DNA from: Bacteroidales bacterium
GTDB taxonomy: Bacteria > Bacteroidota > Bacteroidia > Bacteroidales > GCA-2748055
Reading direction: 5' to 3'
Assembly: GCA_030589895.1 (NCBI GenBank)
Contig: JAUUZQ010000002.1
Location: 8,850 to 72,849, forward strand
Length of the DNA stretch: 64,000 bases
The translations under genes and the position numbers were made by a program. The notes under the pieces were generated by a model. That model worked only from the letters and a program-made list of their open reading frames with translations. It did no database searches and had not been told where the DNA came from. Positions 10,537-19,522 of the stretch are shown piece after piece. Each line of letters opens with the position of its first letter. Positions within the stretch are counted from its first letter, which is position 1.

Positions 10537-11367
10537 ATGAATTCAGAACAGTTATTTAACAATATTAAAAAGAAATCAAGTTTTCTTTGTGTTGGCCTTG
10601 ATACTGACTATAACAAGATTCCCAAAGCTCTTCTTGACAAGCAATATCCACTTTTTGAGTTCAATAGGCGGATTATTGATGCTACTGAGGATTTGGCCGT
10701 AGCTTATAAGCCCAATATTGCATTTTATGAAAGTCTGGGAGCTGCAGGATGGATGAGTCTGGAGATGACTGTAAATTATATACGAAAGAATTTTCCTGAA
10801 ATTTTTATTATTGCTGATGCTAAGCGTGGCGATATTGGCAATACATCAGATATGTATGCGCGTGCTTTTTTTACAAATCTGGACTTTGATGCTATAACAC
10901 TTTCTCCTTATATGGGAAGGGATAGTATTCAGCCCTATCTGGAATTCCCTGATAAATGGGCAGTTGTATTAGGCCTTACATCCAATGAGGGATCAGAAGA
11001 TTTTCAACAACTTAGTGTAGCTGGAAAAAATCTCCTCTATGAAGAAGTGCTGACAAAAGTAAGTTCGTGGGGAACAACAGACAATACCATGTTTGTTATC
11101 GGAGCCACACAGGCAGATCAACTCAGGAATGTACGCAAAATTATTCCAGATCATTTTCTCTTGATTCCCGGAGTTGGGGCACAAGGAGGTAGTTTGGAAA
11201 AAGTTGTTCTAAACGGGATTAATGATCAATGCGGATTGCTTGTTAATGTAAGCAGGTCAATTATCTATGCCGATGTGACGAACCGATTTGAAATATCCGC
11301 TCGTCAAAAGGCAATTGAGATACACAATGAAATGGAGCAATTACTTACTAAGGTAGGATTGATCTGA
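10537..11367 (+). CDS. pyrF: orotidine 5'-phosphate decarboxylase (type 2)
   Basis: LCVGLDTD...DAKRGDIGNT...PGVGAQGG are canonical OMP decarboxylase motifs. Confidence 0.85.
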   Translation: MNSEQLFNNIKKKSSFLCVGLDTDYNKIPKALLDKQYPLFEFNRRIIDATEDLAVAYKPNIAFYESLGAAGWMSLEMTVNYIRKNFPEIFIIADAKRGDIGNTSDMYARAFFTNLDFDAITLSPYMGRDSIQPYLEFPDKWAVVLGLTSNEGSEDFQQLSVAGKNLLYEEVLTKVSSWGTTDNTMFVIGATQADQLRNVRKIIPDHFLLIPGVGAQGGSLEKVVLNGINDQCGLLVNVSRSIIYADVTNRFEISARQKAIEIHNEMEQLLTKVGLI

Positions 11368-11446
11368 CAATCGCAAAGTAGCGAGTATCTATTTCTGGCA
11401 GACACTAAATACTTATTTCAAATAGCTTGTTGTGTTTACTCAGAAA

Positions 11447-12637
11447 CTATACCACTAAATCTCTTACCTTATCAGCTGCTTCCTGAAGTGTAATTACTGA
11501 ATGTACTGCTAATCCTGAATTATCAATCAGAATTTTTGCTTCTTCAGCATTTGTACCTTGTAATCTGACAATAACGGGAATTGTAATATTTCCAATAGTT
11601 TGGTAAGCATCCACGATTCCTTGTGCTACACGGTCACAACGTACTATACCTCCAAATATATTAATCAGAATAGCTTTTACGCTGTCATCTTTCAGAATAA
11701 TTCGAAAGCCAGCTTCAACCGTTTCAGCATTTGCTGTCCCGCCAACATCCAGGAAATTTGCAGGTTCTCCACCAGACAATTTAATGATATCCATTGTCGC
11801 CATTGCAAGTCCGGCACCATTCACCATACAACCAACATTGCCATCCAGCTTAATGAAATTCAGATTAAACTTACCAGCTTCAATTTCTGTTGGATCTTCT
11901 TCGTTCAGATCTCTCATCGCAGCATACTCAGGGTGCCTGTATAAGGCATTATCATCGATATTTACCTTGCTGTCTGCTGCCATTATCAGACTGTCGGAAG
12001 TTTTAAAAACAGGATTGATCTCAAACATAGATGAGTCAGATTTCTCATATGCTCCATATAATGCGGTAACAAATTTAATCATCTGTTTAAGCGCAGTGCT
12101 GCTCAGGCCGAGGTTAAATGCAATTTTGCGTGCCTGAAATGGCTGTATTCCAATTGCAGGATCAATCTCTTCTTTGAAAATCAGGTCGGGAGTGTTTTCA
12201 GCTACTGTTTCGATATCCATACCTCCTTCAGTGGAGTACATTACAATATTCCGACCTGTTGCACGATTCAATAACACGCTCATATAGAACTCTTCAGGTT
12301 CTGACTCTCCGGGATAATAGATTCCCTGTTCGACTAAGATCTTTCTCACTAACTTACCTTCAGGTCCGGTTTGATGTGTAATCAGAGTCATGCCAAGAAT
12401 ATCTTCAGCAAAATGTCTCACTTCATCAAGAGATTTTGCAATCTTAACCCCACCACCTTTACCGCGACCGCCTGCATGTATTTGAGCCTTCACAGCAAAA
12501 GTATTTGCACCGGTTTCAGATGCAATTTTAGCTGCCGCCTGTACAGCTTCATCCGGAGTTTCTGCGACCATACCCATTGGTACGCTAACTCCAAAATGTT
12601 TTAAAATCTCTTTTCCCTGATGTTCGTGTATGTTCAT
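11447..12637 (-). CDS. sucC: succinate--CoA ligase (ADP-forming) beta subunit
   Basis: It has MNIHEHQGKEILKHFGV, the ATP-grasp AQIHAGGRGKGGGVK and the C-terminal ligase-CoA domain. Confidence 0.9.
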   Translation of the reverse strand: MNIHEHQGKEILKHFGVSVPMGMVAETPDEAVQAAAKIASETGANTFAVKAQIHAGGRGKGGGVKIAKSLDEVRHFAEDILGMTLITHQTGPEGKLVRKILVEQGIYYPGESEPEEFYMSVLLNRATGRNIVMYSTEGGMDIETVAENTPDLIFKEEIDPAIGIQPFQARKIAFNLGLSSTALKQMIKFVTALYGAYEKSDSSMFEINPVFKTSDSLIMAADSKVNIDDNALYRHPEYAAMRDLNEEDPTEIEAGKFNLNFIKLDGNVGCMVNGAGLAMATMDIIKLSGGEPANFLDVGGTANAETVEAGFRIILKDDSVKAILINIFGGIVRCDRVAQGIVDAYQTIGNITIPVIVRLQGTNAEEAKILIDNSGLAVHSVITLQEAADKVRDLVV

Positions 12638-12661
12638 AATTATATTCTTTTTTTATAAATA

Positions 12662-12669
12662 CAAAAATA
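12662..12669 (-). promoter_or_regulatory. -7 box (TAnnTTTG on the minus strand) upstream of sucC
   Basis: The plus-strand caaaaata lies 25 nt upstream of the sucC start. Confidence 0.35.
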
Positions 12670-12704
12670 TTGTTTTTTTCACCATAGCTGCCATCTATAA
12701 TGAG

Positions 12705-12712
12705 TAATTTTG
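12705..12712 (+). promoter_or_regulatory. -7 box upstream of the TrmH-family gene
   Basis: taattttg lies 16 nt upstream of the ATG at 12728. Confidence 0.35.
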
Positions 12713-12727
12713 TAAAAAGTAGTAATT

Positions 12728-13270
12728 ATGAGAAAGCTTCTTAATGAAGAGTTAAAAAGACTCACTATTGAGTCATTCAAAAGTGCTGTTAAATTGCCCG
12801 TTGTCGTAATACTTGATAATGTCCGCAGTCTGAATAACATTGGTTCTGTATTCAGGTCATCCGATGCTTTCAGGGTGGAAGCAATCTACTTGTGCGGGAT
12901 TACTGCGCGGCCTCCTCATAAGGATATACATAAGACTGCTCTTGGCGCTACTGAGTCGGTCAGATGGGTTTATTTTGAAAACACACTTGATGCAGTAGGT
13001 GAATTAAAGAGCGATGGGTATGAGATTTTTGCCATTGAACAAACTGAAGAGAGTATAATGCTGGAAGAGATGGAGATATCCGGTGGGAAAAAGTATGCAT
13101 TGATCTTTGGACATGAGATGAGGGGGGTAGATCAGGATGTGGTGGATGCAGCTGAAAAGAGTATTGAGATTCCACAATTTGGAACAAAACATTCATTAAA
13201 CATTTCTGTTTCCGCAGGTGTTGTGCTTTGGGAGTTTTATCGCAAAATAGGAGGAGTCATTAATCCCTAG
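12728..13270 (+). CDS. SpoU/TrmH-family RNA 2'-O-methyltransferase
   Basis: The 180-aa product has NIGSVFRSSDAF, LIFGHEMRGV and SLNISVSAGVVLWE, the three SPOUT motifs. Confidence 0.75.
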   Translation: MRKLLNEELKRLTIESFKSAVKLPVVVILDNVRSLNNIGSVFRSSDAFRVEAIYLCGITARPPHKDIHKTALGATESVRWVYFENTLDAVGELKSDGYEIFAIEQTEESIMLEEMEISGGKKYALIFGHEMRGVDQDVVDAAEKSIEIPQFGTKHSLNISVSAGVVLWEFYRKIGGVINP

Positions 13271-13371
13271 AGTATGTTTTAACCTAAATGCTTAATCCAG
13301 GAATTGTCCGAATATACACGAATACTAACGGGCGCGAATTTCACAAATTAGTTTTCCGAACAATAATTATC

Positions 13372-13406
13372 AAAAAAAAGAGGATGCAATTTGCACCCTC
13401 TTTTTG
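13372..13406. terminator. bidirectional hairpin between convergent genes
   Basis: aaaaaaaagaggatgcaatttgcaccctcttttt is an imperfect palindrome flanked by an A-tract and a T-tract. Confidence 0.5.
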
Positions 13407-13427
13407 TTATATAAAATTACCTTGTAT

Positions 13428-15137
13428 TTACTCAACAATTGCTTTAAAAGAAGCGTCATTGAATAATTTCGCAAACTCAAGATCTTTCTTTGCTCTCTCT
13501 TTTAGAGTGGCATCTTTCTCAACTGCGAGTTTCAGATTTTCAATTACAACTTCTGACTTATCCTGTGATGCAGCGATAACTGCAATGAGATAATATTTTT
13601 TTGCATGCTCACAGTCCAGACCGGCAATAGTTTTCATTGCTGAATCATCTTTTCCTGCAAGATAAGTAGCTAGTCCGGCATTGTATGAAGGAGTACTACC
13701 AAAATAAGATATTGCTTCATCATAGTTTCCGTTAATAACATTTACAATACCCAAGTTAAAGTTTACGTCTGATCCGGCACCAAGAGATGCAGTAAACAGT
13801 TCTTCAGCTTTAGCAACATCACCATTTACGAGGGCAACAGCGCCGAGGTTATTGTTAATGATATCGAGATCTTTAAGCTCTTTTGCTGCAAGGAATGCAG
13901 TTTCAGCTGCATCATATTGCTCTTTGGCAAAATACGACCATCCAAGGTTGTTATGTGCACGCAGACATTTAGGAGCAACTTTTGTTGCAGCCAGATAGAT
14001 GTCTTGCTTTACATACATATCTTCAAAAAGTGTAGCTGTATAAAGAAGCTCTTCCAGATTCAGTGTATCAGAACCGCTTCTCCATAATTCTTTAAGCTCT
14101 TCATCACTCCATCCAATATGATCAACGCTAACAGTGAATTTAGATCTTCTCAGTGCAGGAAGTATCTCTTCTGCGATTACTTCAAAAGCAGCCGAAATAT
14201 TCTTAATCTCCTGCTCTCTTACTTCAGGATCTGAGTGCATGCTCAACACACGAAGAATCATCTCTTTGTCTTCAATATCTGAAGCTTCCAGTAACTCTTT
14301 GAATCCATCCCAGTCTTCAGGAGTAGACATCAGTGATAAAAGCTCTTCAGTTGCATCAACTTTAGCTTTCTTAAGTGTTCCGCTCAAATACTTTTCAGCA
14401 GTAACCTGACGTTTCTTTGAGAGTTTTTCATTCAACTCAAGTTCTCCATCAGGTGAAGCGTAAGCAGAAATCTCAATATTTTTCAGTTCAATTCTCTCGT
14501 TTGCATTGGCTGCTTTAAGGAAATCAGTCATTCCAACAACATCATCCTTCTTAGTTTCTGCCTTGCGAACGTTAGATTTATTAATCGTATACTTGATATC
14601 GGTAACATAATCTTCAGGAATAATTCTCTTGAAATGATCTTCAAATGTCAATGTTTTAGGTGCAATGGCTACAAGGTTTGGAGTAGCAATGATACCGTCA
14701 GCAAGTTTAACATCATCAAATACTGCTGTTTTACCTTTCATATCTGCAGAGATCTTTACAAAAAGTTCTGACATCATCATCTCTTCAGTATAATCAAATG
14801 AATCTGAAGTACTTCCAGAACCACCTGTGGCATTAGGGATTACTGTGTAGTTTTCTGTAACAGATTCTCCCTGAACGATAATTGGTTTAAGTTCAGTTTC
14901 TCCACCATCATATTTTACTACTGGTGTTAAGGTGAGAACGGCCTTCTTGTTAAAGTATTTTGCAGGATACTGTACGTTAACGGCAACATCAACAGTTCCT
15001 CCGTGCATTTCAAGCACTTCAGGGGTTACTGTATATGCTACCTGATCAGCGTTCTTAACCATTTTGTTAAGTCCGCCGCAACTACTAAGTACAGCTGCTA
15101 CAAGAATTAAAAGAGCAAAGTTTTTGAAGTTTTTCAT
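13428..15137 (-). CDS. lipoprotein with a degenerate OmpA-like motif and C-terminal TPR repeats
   Basis: It has a lipobox (VLSSCGG), AYASPDGELELNEKLSKKRQVTAEKYL resembling the OmpA_C core, and C-terminal TPR-like repeats (NNLGWSYFAKEQYDAAETAF...). Confidence 0.55.
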   Translation of the reverse strand: MKNFKNFALLILVAAVLSSCGGLNKMVKNADQVAYTVTPEVLEMHGGTVDVAVNVQYPAKYFNKKAVLTLTPVVKYDGGETELKPIIVQGESVTENYTVIPNATGGSGSTSDSFDYTEEMMMSELFVKISADMKGKTAVFDDVKLADGIIATPNLVAIAPKTLTFEDHFKRIIPEDYVTDIKYTINKSNVRKAETKKDDVVGMTDFLKAANANERIELKNIEISAYASPDGELELNEKLSKKRQVTAEKYLSGTLKKAKVDATEELLSLMSTPEDWDGFKELLEASDIEDKEMILRVLSMHSDPEVREQEIKNISAAFEVIAEEILPALRRSKFTVSVDHIGWSDEELKELWRSGSDTLNLEELLYTATLFEDMYVKQDIYLAATKVAPKCLRAHNNLGWSYFAKEQYDAAETAFLAAKELKDLDIINNNLGAVALVNGDVAKAEELFTASLGAGSDVNFNLGIVNVINGNYDEAISYFGSTPSYNAGLATYLAGKDDSAMKTIAGLDCEHAKKYYLIAVIAASQDKSEVVIENLKLAVEKDATLKERAKKDLEFAKLFNDASFKAIVE

Positions 15138-15251
15138 AGCGATCTGGTTATTTGTTTTAATGTGTTCAAATTCTGAATTATTCTTCTGAATTACAAATTT
15201 AACAATGTTTTTCTTAAAATTAAAGAAATTAAGCGGATTTGCTAGGTTTTT

Positions 15252-15887
15252 CTATAATAAAACCATGTTCATCCCTGGATTGTACTCGTGATCGAATATA
15301 GCTTTCTTGACCTTCAGGTAATCATCAGGGTTGGCAATAAAGTCAATTTCGTTCATATCCAGCACGATAAATGTAATATCTTTCCTTGATTTAATGAACT
15401 CAAAGTATCCATCTTGTATTTGTGACAGGTACTTGGCCGTGATCTCCTTTTCATAGTCACGGCCTCTTTTCTTGATGTTCCTTAAAAGATTATCTGTATT
15501 GAGATGAAGATAGATATATAAATCAGGTAGAGGTAATTGTTGTTGTATAATATTGAATAATTGTTTGTAAAGCTTATACTCATCTTCTTTCAAGGTATTC
15601 TTACTGAAAATCAGGGATTTAATAAAGTAATAATCACTTACAGTTGTGGTTTGAAAGAGGTCTCTCGGGGTAATATCATTTTTCAATTGTTGGTATCGAT
15701 CAGCAAGAAAAGCAAGTTCTACAGGGAACGCATACCTGTCTGGTTCTTTATAAAATTTAGGAAGAAAAGGATTCTCTGCAAATTGTTCCAGGATCAGCTT
15801 CGAGTTGGTGTCTTCTGCAATTTTTTGAGCAAGTGAGGTTTTTCCTGCACCAATGTTTCCTTCTATGACCAGGTAATTAAATTCCAA
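15252..15887 (-). CDS. deoxynucleoside kinase
   Basis: It has a P-loop (IEGNIGAGKTSLA), a dNK-family ERS-like region and FLADRYQQ. Confidence 0.8.
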   Translation of the reverse strand: MEFNYLVIEGNIGAGKTSLAQKIAEDTNSKLILEQFAENPFLPKFYKEPDRYAFPVELAFLADRYQQLKNDITPRDLFQTTTVSDYYFIKSLIFSKNTLKEDEYKLYKQLFNIIQQQLPLPDLYIYLHLNTDNLLRNIKKRGRDYEKEITAKYLSQIQDGYFEFIKSRKDITFIVLDMNEIDFIANPDDYLKVKKAIFDHEYNPGMNMVLL

Positions 15888-15920
15888 GTTTTCGTTTAGT
15901 TAGAAATGGACATAAAAGTA

Positions 15921-15960
15921 AAAAACTTGTCAGGAATAACATTCTTCATGACAAGTTTTT
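15921..15960 (-). terminator. hairpin terminator downstream of the oligopeptidase relic
   Basis: A 12-bp perfect stem (aaaaacttgtca / tgacaagttttt) has a 16-nt loop. A/T tracts on both sides make it potentially bidirectional. Confidence 0.55.
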
Positions 15961-15984
15961 TATTAGTTAATTTTCAGATTGATC

Positions 15985-16248
15985 TTAAAATTTAGGATTA
16001 AAATCCATATTGTACCATAGAAATGCCAATTCATCAGCATTTTCATCTATAATTTTTGCAGTAGGTTTTCCTCCACCATGTCCTGCATTTGTTTCAATTC
16101 TGCTTATTCAGGATAGTGCCTGCTTTGTGCCACTCTTCACCGTATTCTCCGCCACCTCTGATGCCTGCTAATGCAAATACACCACCTTGTTCCATTGAGC
16201 ACAATCCCTTTCTGCAATAATTAATGTTAAGAATAGTAGTTTTTTCAT
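15985..16248 (-). pseudogene. relic of an S9A prolyl oligopeptidase (three fragments in three frames)
   Basis: My hand translation of the minus strand gives three pieces. They are [12 protein letters not shown] (signal peptide), [33 protein letters not shown] (the block preceding the catalytic Ser) and [37 protein letters not shown]-stop (the catalytic His region). About 260 nt remain of a gene normally near 2.1 kb. Confidence 0.7.
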
Positions 16249-16374
16249 AATCGTTTAGTTTGTGAGCGTTTTTTTTCGAGAGATAAAAGTGTGTATAGGG
16301 ATTGAAATTGGCAATAGTATTGATATGTTGGAGAGAAGGTTAAGGGGCCCCGATAGCTAGCGGGAGGAAAAAAA

Positions 16375-16401
16375 AGAGACCGCCCTTTTGAGACAGTCTC
16401 T
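16375..16401 (-). terminator. possible terminator of pnp
   Basis: A 6-bp stem (agagac/gtctct) is followed on the minus strand by T8. The stem is weak. Confidence 0.4.
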
Positions 16402-16422
16402 ATATATAAGATCTTATTTATT

Positions 16423-18624
16423 TTAGTTATCACGCCTCTGTGGCCTGTCATCTCTGCGTTGATCGCGATTTTGATCTCTGTTTTCGTCGCGGGGTGGTTT
16501 TGGAAGCAGTACTTTTCTTGAGAGCTTCAATTTTCCGTTCTTCGGATCGACATCGATCAGTTTCACTTCAATTTTGTCTCCCTCTTTCAGAACCTCTTCT
16601 ACTTTTTCCAGCCTGCGCCACTCAATTTCTGAGATATGCAGCAGTCCGTCTTTCCCAGGAAGGATCTCAACAAAAGCGCCATAAGGCTGTATGCTTTTTA
16701 CAGTTCCTTCATATATTTCATTGACTTCAGGTATTGCGATGATTCCTTTGATACGTTCCATTGCTGCAACGATAGAATCTTTGTTTACTGCAAATACATC
16801 CACTTTACCAATATTCTCAACTTCTTCAATAGTAATTGTTGTATTGGTTTCTTTTTGAATTTCCTGAATTACTTTTCCGCCTGGTCCGATGATAGCTCCA
16901 ATCATATCTTTTGGAATCTCAATCCTTTCGATGCGTGGTGCATGAGGTTTGAATTCACTATTAGGTTTAGAAATAGTCTTGTTCATCTCACCCAGAATAT
17001 GGAGCCTGCCTGCTCTTGCCTGGTCCAATGCTTTGGCGAGCACCTCATAGGTAAGACCTTCAACTTTAATATCCATTTGGGTAGCTGTAATACCATCAAC
17101 TGTTCCGGTAACTTTGAAATCCATGTCACCCAGGTGATCTTCATCTCCTAAAATGTCGGAGAGAACTGCATAATTATCTGAATTTGCATCTGTGATCAAA
17201 CCCATGGCAATACCTGAAACAGGTTTGCTAATTTGAATTCCTGCATCCATCATTGCCAATGTGCCAGCACAAACTGTTGCCATTGATGAGGAACCATTTG
17301 ATTCAAGAATGTCAGAAACAATTCTCAAAGCGTAAGGAAGATCATCTTCATTAGGGACCATTTTTTTCAATGCTCTGTGCGCCAGATTTCCGTGACCAAC
17401 TTCTCTGCGACTTAAACCACGAACCGGTCTTGCGTCACCAGTTGAGAATGGTGGAAAATTGTAATGCAGTACAAATTTTTCAGTTCCTTTTACAAGAACA
17501 GCATCAATCATTTTCTCGTCCATTTTGGTTCCGAGTGTAACTGTAGTAAGTGATTGAGTTTCTCCACGTGTAAATACTGCAGAACCATGTGCTCCGGGGA
17601 GGTAATCAACTTCACACCAGATATCTCTGATCTCATCTGTCTTTCTTCCGTCAAGTCTGATTCCTTTGTCGAGGATGAGCTCTCTTACAACTTCTTTTTC
17701 AACGTCGTGGTAATATTTGTGAATCAATTTTGTATCTACCTCATCTTCTCCAAGTTCCTCAATAAGTTTTGCAGTGAACTCTTCTTCAATTTTTCCAAAA
17801 GCTTCAAATCTGGCATGTTTATCATTCTCACTTGAGGCAGCAACCTTTGCAGCAGCGGCTTTCGTCTCTTTCATCACGCGCTCTCTTAAAGCTTCGTCAT
17901 TCTCTTCGTGTGAGTATTCTCTCTTTTCAGTTTTGCCACATGCTTTTTCAAGTTCTTTCTGTGCGGTACACATTGGCTTGATTGCCTCGTGTGCTATTTT
18001 TATTGACTCCAGCATCTCTGCTTCAGAAACTTCGCTCATCTCACCTTCAACCATCAAAATATTGTCAAAAGTGGCAGCAACCATAATGTCGATATCAGCT
18101 TTGGCCAGCTCTTCGAATGTAGGGTTAACTTTAAATTCTCCATCTATTCTTGCTACTCTTGCTTCTGCAATTGGTCCGTGGAAAGGAATATCAGATACGG
18201 CCAGGGCAGCTGAAGCTGCAAGGCCTGCCAATGCATCCGGCATTGTTTCTCCATCAGCGGAGATAAGGTTTACAGTTACGAATGTTTCAGCATGGAAATC
18301 AGCGGGGAAAAGTGGACGAAGCGCCCTGTCAACTAAACGAGAGATCAATATCTCACTATCGCCTGGTCTTGCTTCACGCTTCATAAATCCTCCCGGAAAA
18401 CGTCCGAATGCTGCGTATTTTTCTTTGTATTCTACTGATAGTGGCATGAAATCCACATCATCTCTTGCTTCTTTTGCTGATACTACTGTTGCCAATAGCA
18501 TTGTATTACCTAAACTTACAACCACAGCTCCATCTGCCTGCTTGGCTAACTTTCCTGTTTCGATTGTAATTTGTCTGCCATCACTGAGATTGATGGTCTG
18601 TACTTTTGGTGTTGGTTTTGACAT
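16423..18624 (-). CDS. pnp: polyribonucleotide nucleotidyltransferase (PNPase)
   Basis: The 733-aa product has two RNase PH domains, a KH domain ([15 protein letters not shown]) and an S1 domain ([17 protein letters not shown]), plus an R/D-rich tail. Confidence 0.95.
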   Translation of the reverse strand: MSKPTPKVQTINLSDGRQITIETGKLAKQADGAVVVSLGNTMLLATVVSAKEARDDVDFMPLSVEYKEKYAAFGRFPGGFMKREARPGDSEILISRLVDRALRPLFPADFHAETFVTVNLISADGETMPDALAGLAASAALAVSDIPFHGPIAEARVARIDGEFKVNPTFEELAKADIDIMVAATFDNILMVEGEMSEVSEAEMLESIKIAHEAIKPMCTAQKELEKACGKTEKREYSHEENDEALRERVMKETKAAAAKVAASSENDKHARFEAFGKIEEEFTAKLIEELGEDEVDTKLIHKYYHDVEKEVVRELILDKGIRLDGRKTDEIRDIWCEVDYLPGAHGSAVFTRGETQSLTTVTLGTKMDEKMIDAVLVKGTEKFVLHYNFPPFSTGDARPVRGLSRREVGHGNLAHRALKKMVPNEDDLPYALRIVSDILESNGSSSMATVCAGTLAMMDAGIQISKPVSGIAMGLITDANSDNYAVLSDILGDEDHLGDMDFKVTGTVDGITATQMDIKVEGLTYEVLAKALDQARAGRLHILGEMNKTISKPNSEFKPHAPRIERIEIPKDMIGAIIGPGGKVIQEIQKETNTTITIEEVENIGKVDVFAVNKDSIVAAMERIKGIIAIPEVNEIYEGTVKSIQPYGAFVEILPGKDGLLHISEIEWRRLEKVEEVLKEGDKIEVKLIDVDPKNGKLKLSRKVLLPKPPRDENRDQNRDQRRDDRPQRRDN

Positions 18625-18661
18625 CTTTTTTTGTTTCTAAAATTCACTATATACTAAAAGC

Positions 18662-18690
18662 AAGAAAGGCAATTCGATATTGCCTTTCTT
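18662..18690 (-). terminator. rpsO-pnp intergenic hairpin (attenuator/terminator or processing site)
   Basis: An 11-bp perfect stem (aagaaaggcaa / ttgcctttctt) with a 7-nt loop sits 17 nt after the rpsO stop. Only a short U-run follows. Confidence 0.6.
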
Positions 18691-18706
18691 CTTATATAAA
18701 TTATTC

Positions 18707-18976
18707 TTATTTTCTTATTTTCAAGTCTTTTATGACTTCCCGGTATCTTTCAATATCCCTGTCTTTGAGATAATCGAGCAGGCTTCTGCGCTTACCTACC
18801 AGGCGAAGCAGTGCACGCTGGGTGCTATGATCTTTCCTGTTTAATTTGAGGTGCTCATTCAGATGATTGATTCTGAATGTAAAGAGAGCGACTTGTCCTT
18901 CTGTTGATCCGGTATCAGTTTCTGATTTTCCGTACTTCTTAAAAATTTCCTGTTTCTTTTCAGCCGTTAAATACAT
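18707..18976 (-). CDS. rpsO: 30S ribosomal protein S15
   Basis: The 89-aa product shows S15 signatures (GSTEGQVALFTFRINHLNEHLK..KDHSTQRALL.LVGKRR.LL.YL). Confidence 0.95.
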   Translation of the reverse strand: MYLTAEKKQEIFKKYGKSETDTGSTEGQVALFTFRINHLNEHLKLNRKDHSTQRALLRLVGKRRSLLDYLKDRDIERYREVIKDLKIRK

Positions 18977-19017
18977 CCTGTTCTTACTGTTTTAAATCTG
19001 TTTTTAATTTAGAGATG

Positions 19018-19025
19018 CAAAGGTA
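19018..19025 (-). promoter_or_regulatory. -7 box upstream of rpsO
   Basis: The plus-strand caaaggta (TACCTTTG on the minus strand) lies 42 nt upstream of the rpsO start. Confidence 0.35.
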
Positions 19026-19130
19026 TTTATTTTTTTCAATTTTACAATACAGAAGTCCTAAATTCGTCAAGCTAATTATTCAGTAGTTCAGTGGGTTGTA
19101 TCCATAGGCTTATACTCGCTTAACTTCAAA

Positions 19131-19472
19131 CTAATCTCTTCCCGAAGAAATCAATTTAATCAAAGTATCAATCTGTTTCCTGGTTCCCAGCGCAAAGAGT
19201 TTATCGCTGGGTAATAGGGTTGTTTCTGGTGAAGGATTAATAAGAATTGAATTGTCTTTGCGTTTCATCCCAACAATGTTTGCATTAGATATATTTCTTA
19301 TATCCAATTCCCTGATAGATTTTCCTGAAAAGCAAGAGGCAATACTCTCACATTTTATTTGCTCCAGCACAACATTGTCAGCACTTTGCAATAACATATA
19401 GTCAATAAATTCAACGATATCGGGTTGAGCTACAAGCTTGGCCATTCGTTTCCCTCCGATTTTATCGGGCAT
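19131..19472 (-). CDS. RCK/TrkA-C domain fragment, probably the 3' remnant of a potassium-channel gene
   Basis: The frame is open only from 19532 (DAVNHHSDVKLKRAGATNVIMPDKIGGKRMAKLV...), which is the tail of a TrkA-N fold followed by a TrkA-C domain. No pore or transmembrane region and no GxGxxG are present. The upstream sequence is occupied by the DUF2851 gene end. Confidence 0.5.
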   Translation of the reverse strand: MPDKIGGKRMAKLVAQPDIVEFIDYMLLQSADNVVLEQIKCESIASCFSGKSIRELDIRNISNANIVGMKRKDNSILINPSPETTLLPSDKLFALGTRKQIDTLIKLISSGRD

Positions 19473-19522
19473 GATAACATTTGTTGCACCTGCCCGCTTC
19501 AGCTTAACATCAGAATGATGAT

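Noticed and set aside
13301-13370. Similarity of cgcgaat/cacgaat/attcgtg words to the terminator hairpin at 3629-3680 (possible REP-like dispersed element)
   Set aside because: There are only short word matches (about 12 of 17 nt at best) and the second locus does not form a hairpin.
16245-16451. A 68-aa minus-strand ORF overlapping the 3' end of pnp
   Set aside because: It overlaps the pnp stop and terminator, has no recognisable features, and is better explained as the spacer preceding the oligopeptidase relic.
16423-16500. R/D-rich C-terminal tail of PNPase ([24 protein letters not shown])
   Set aside because: It is a low-complexity extension after the S1 domain, probably a lineage-specific tail, and nothing testable can be drawn from the sequence alone.
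17774-18640. A 288-aa ORF on the plus strand, antisense to pnp, with shorter antisense ORFs at 16440-17835
   Set aside because: It lies entirely inside a highly conserved PNPase gene. Its product is S/A/F-rich low complexity typical of antisense frames, with no start context or independent motif.
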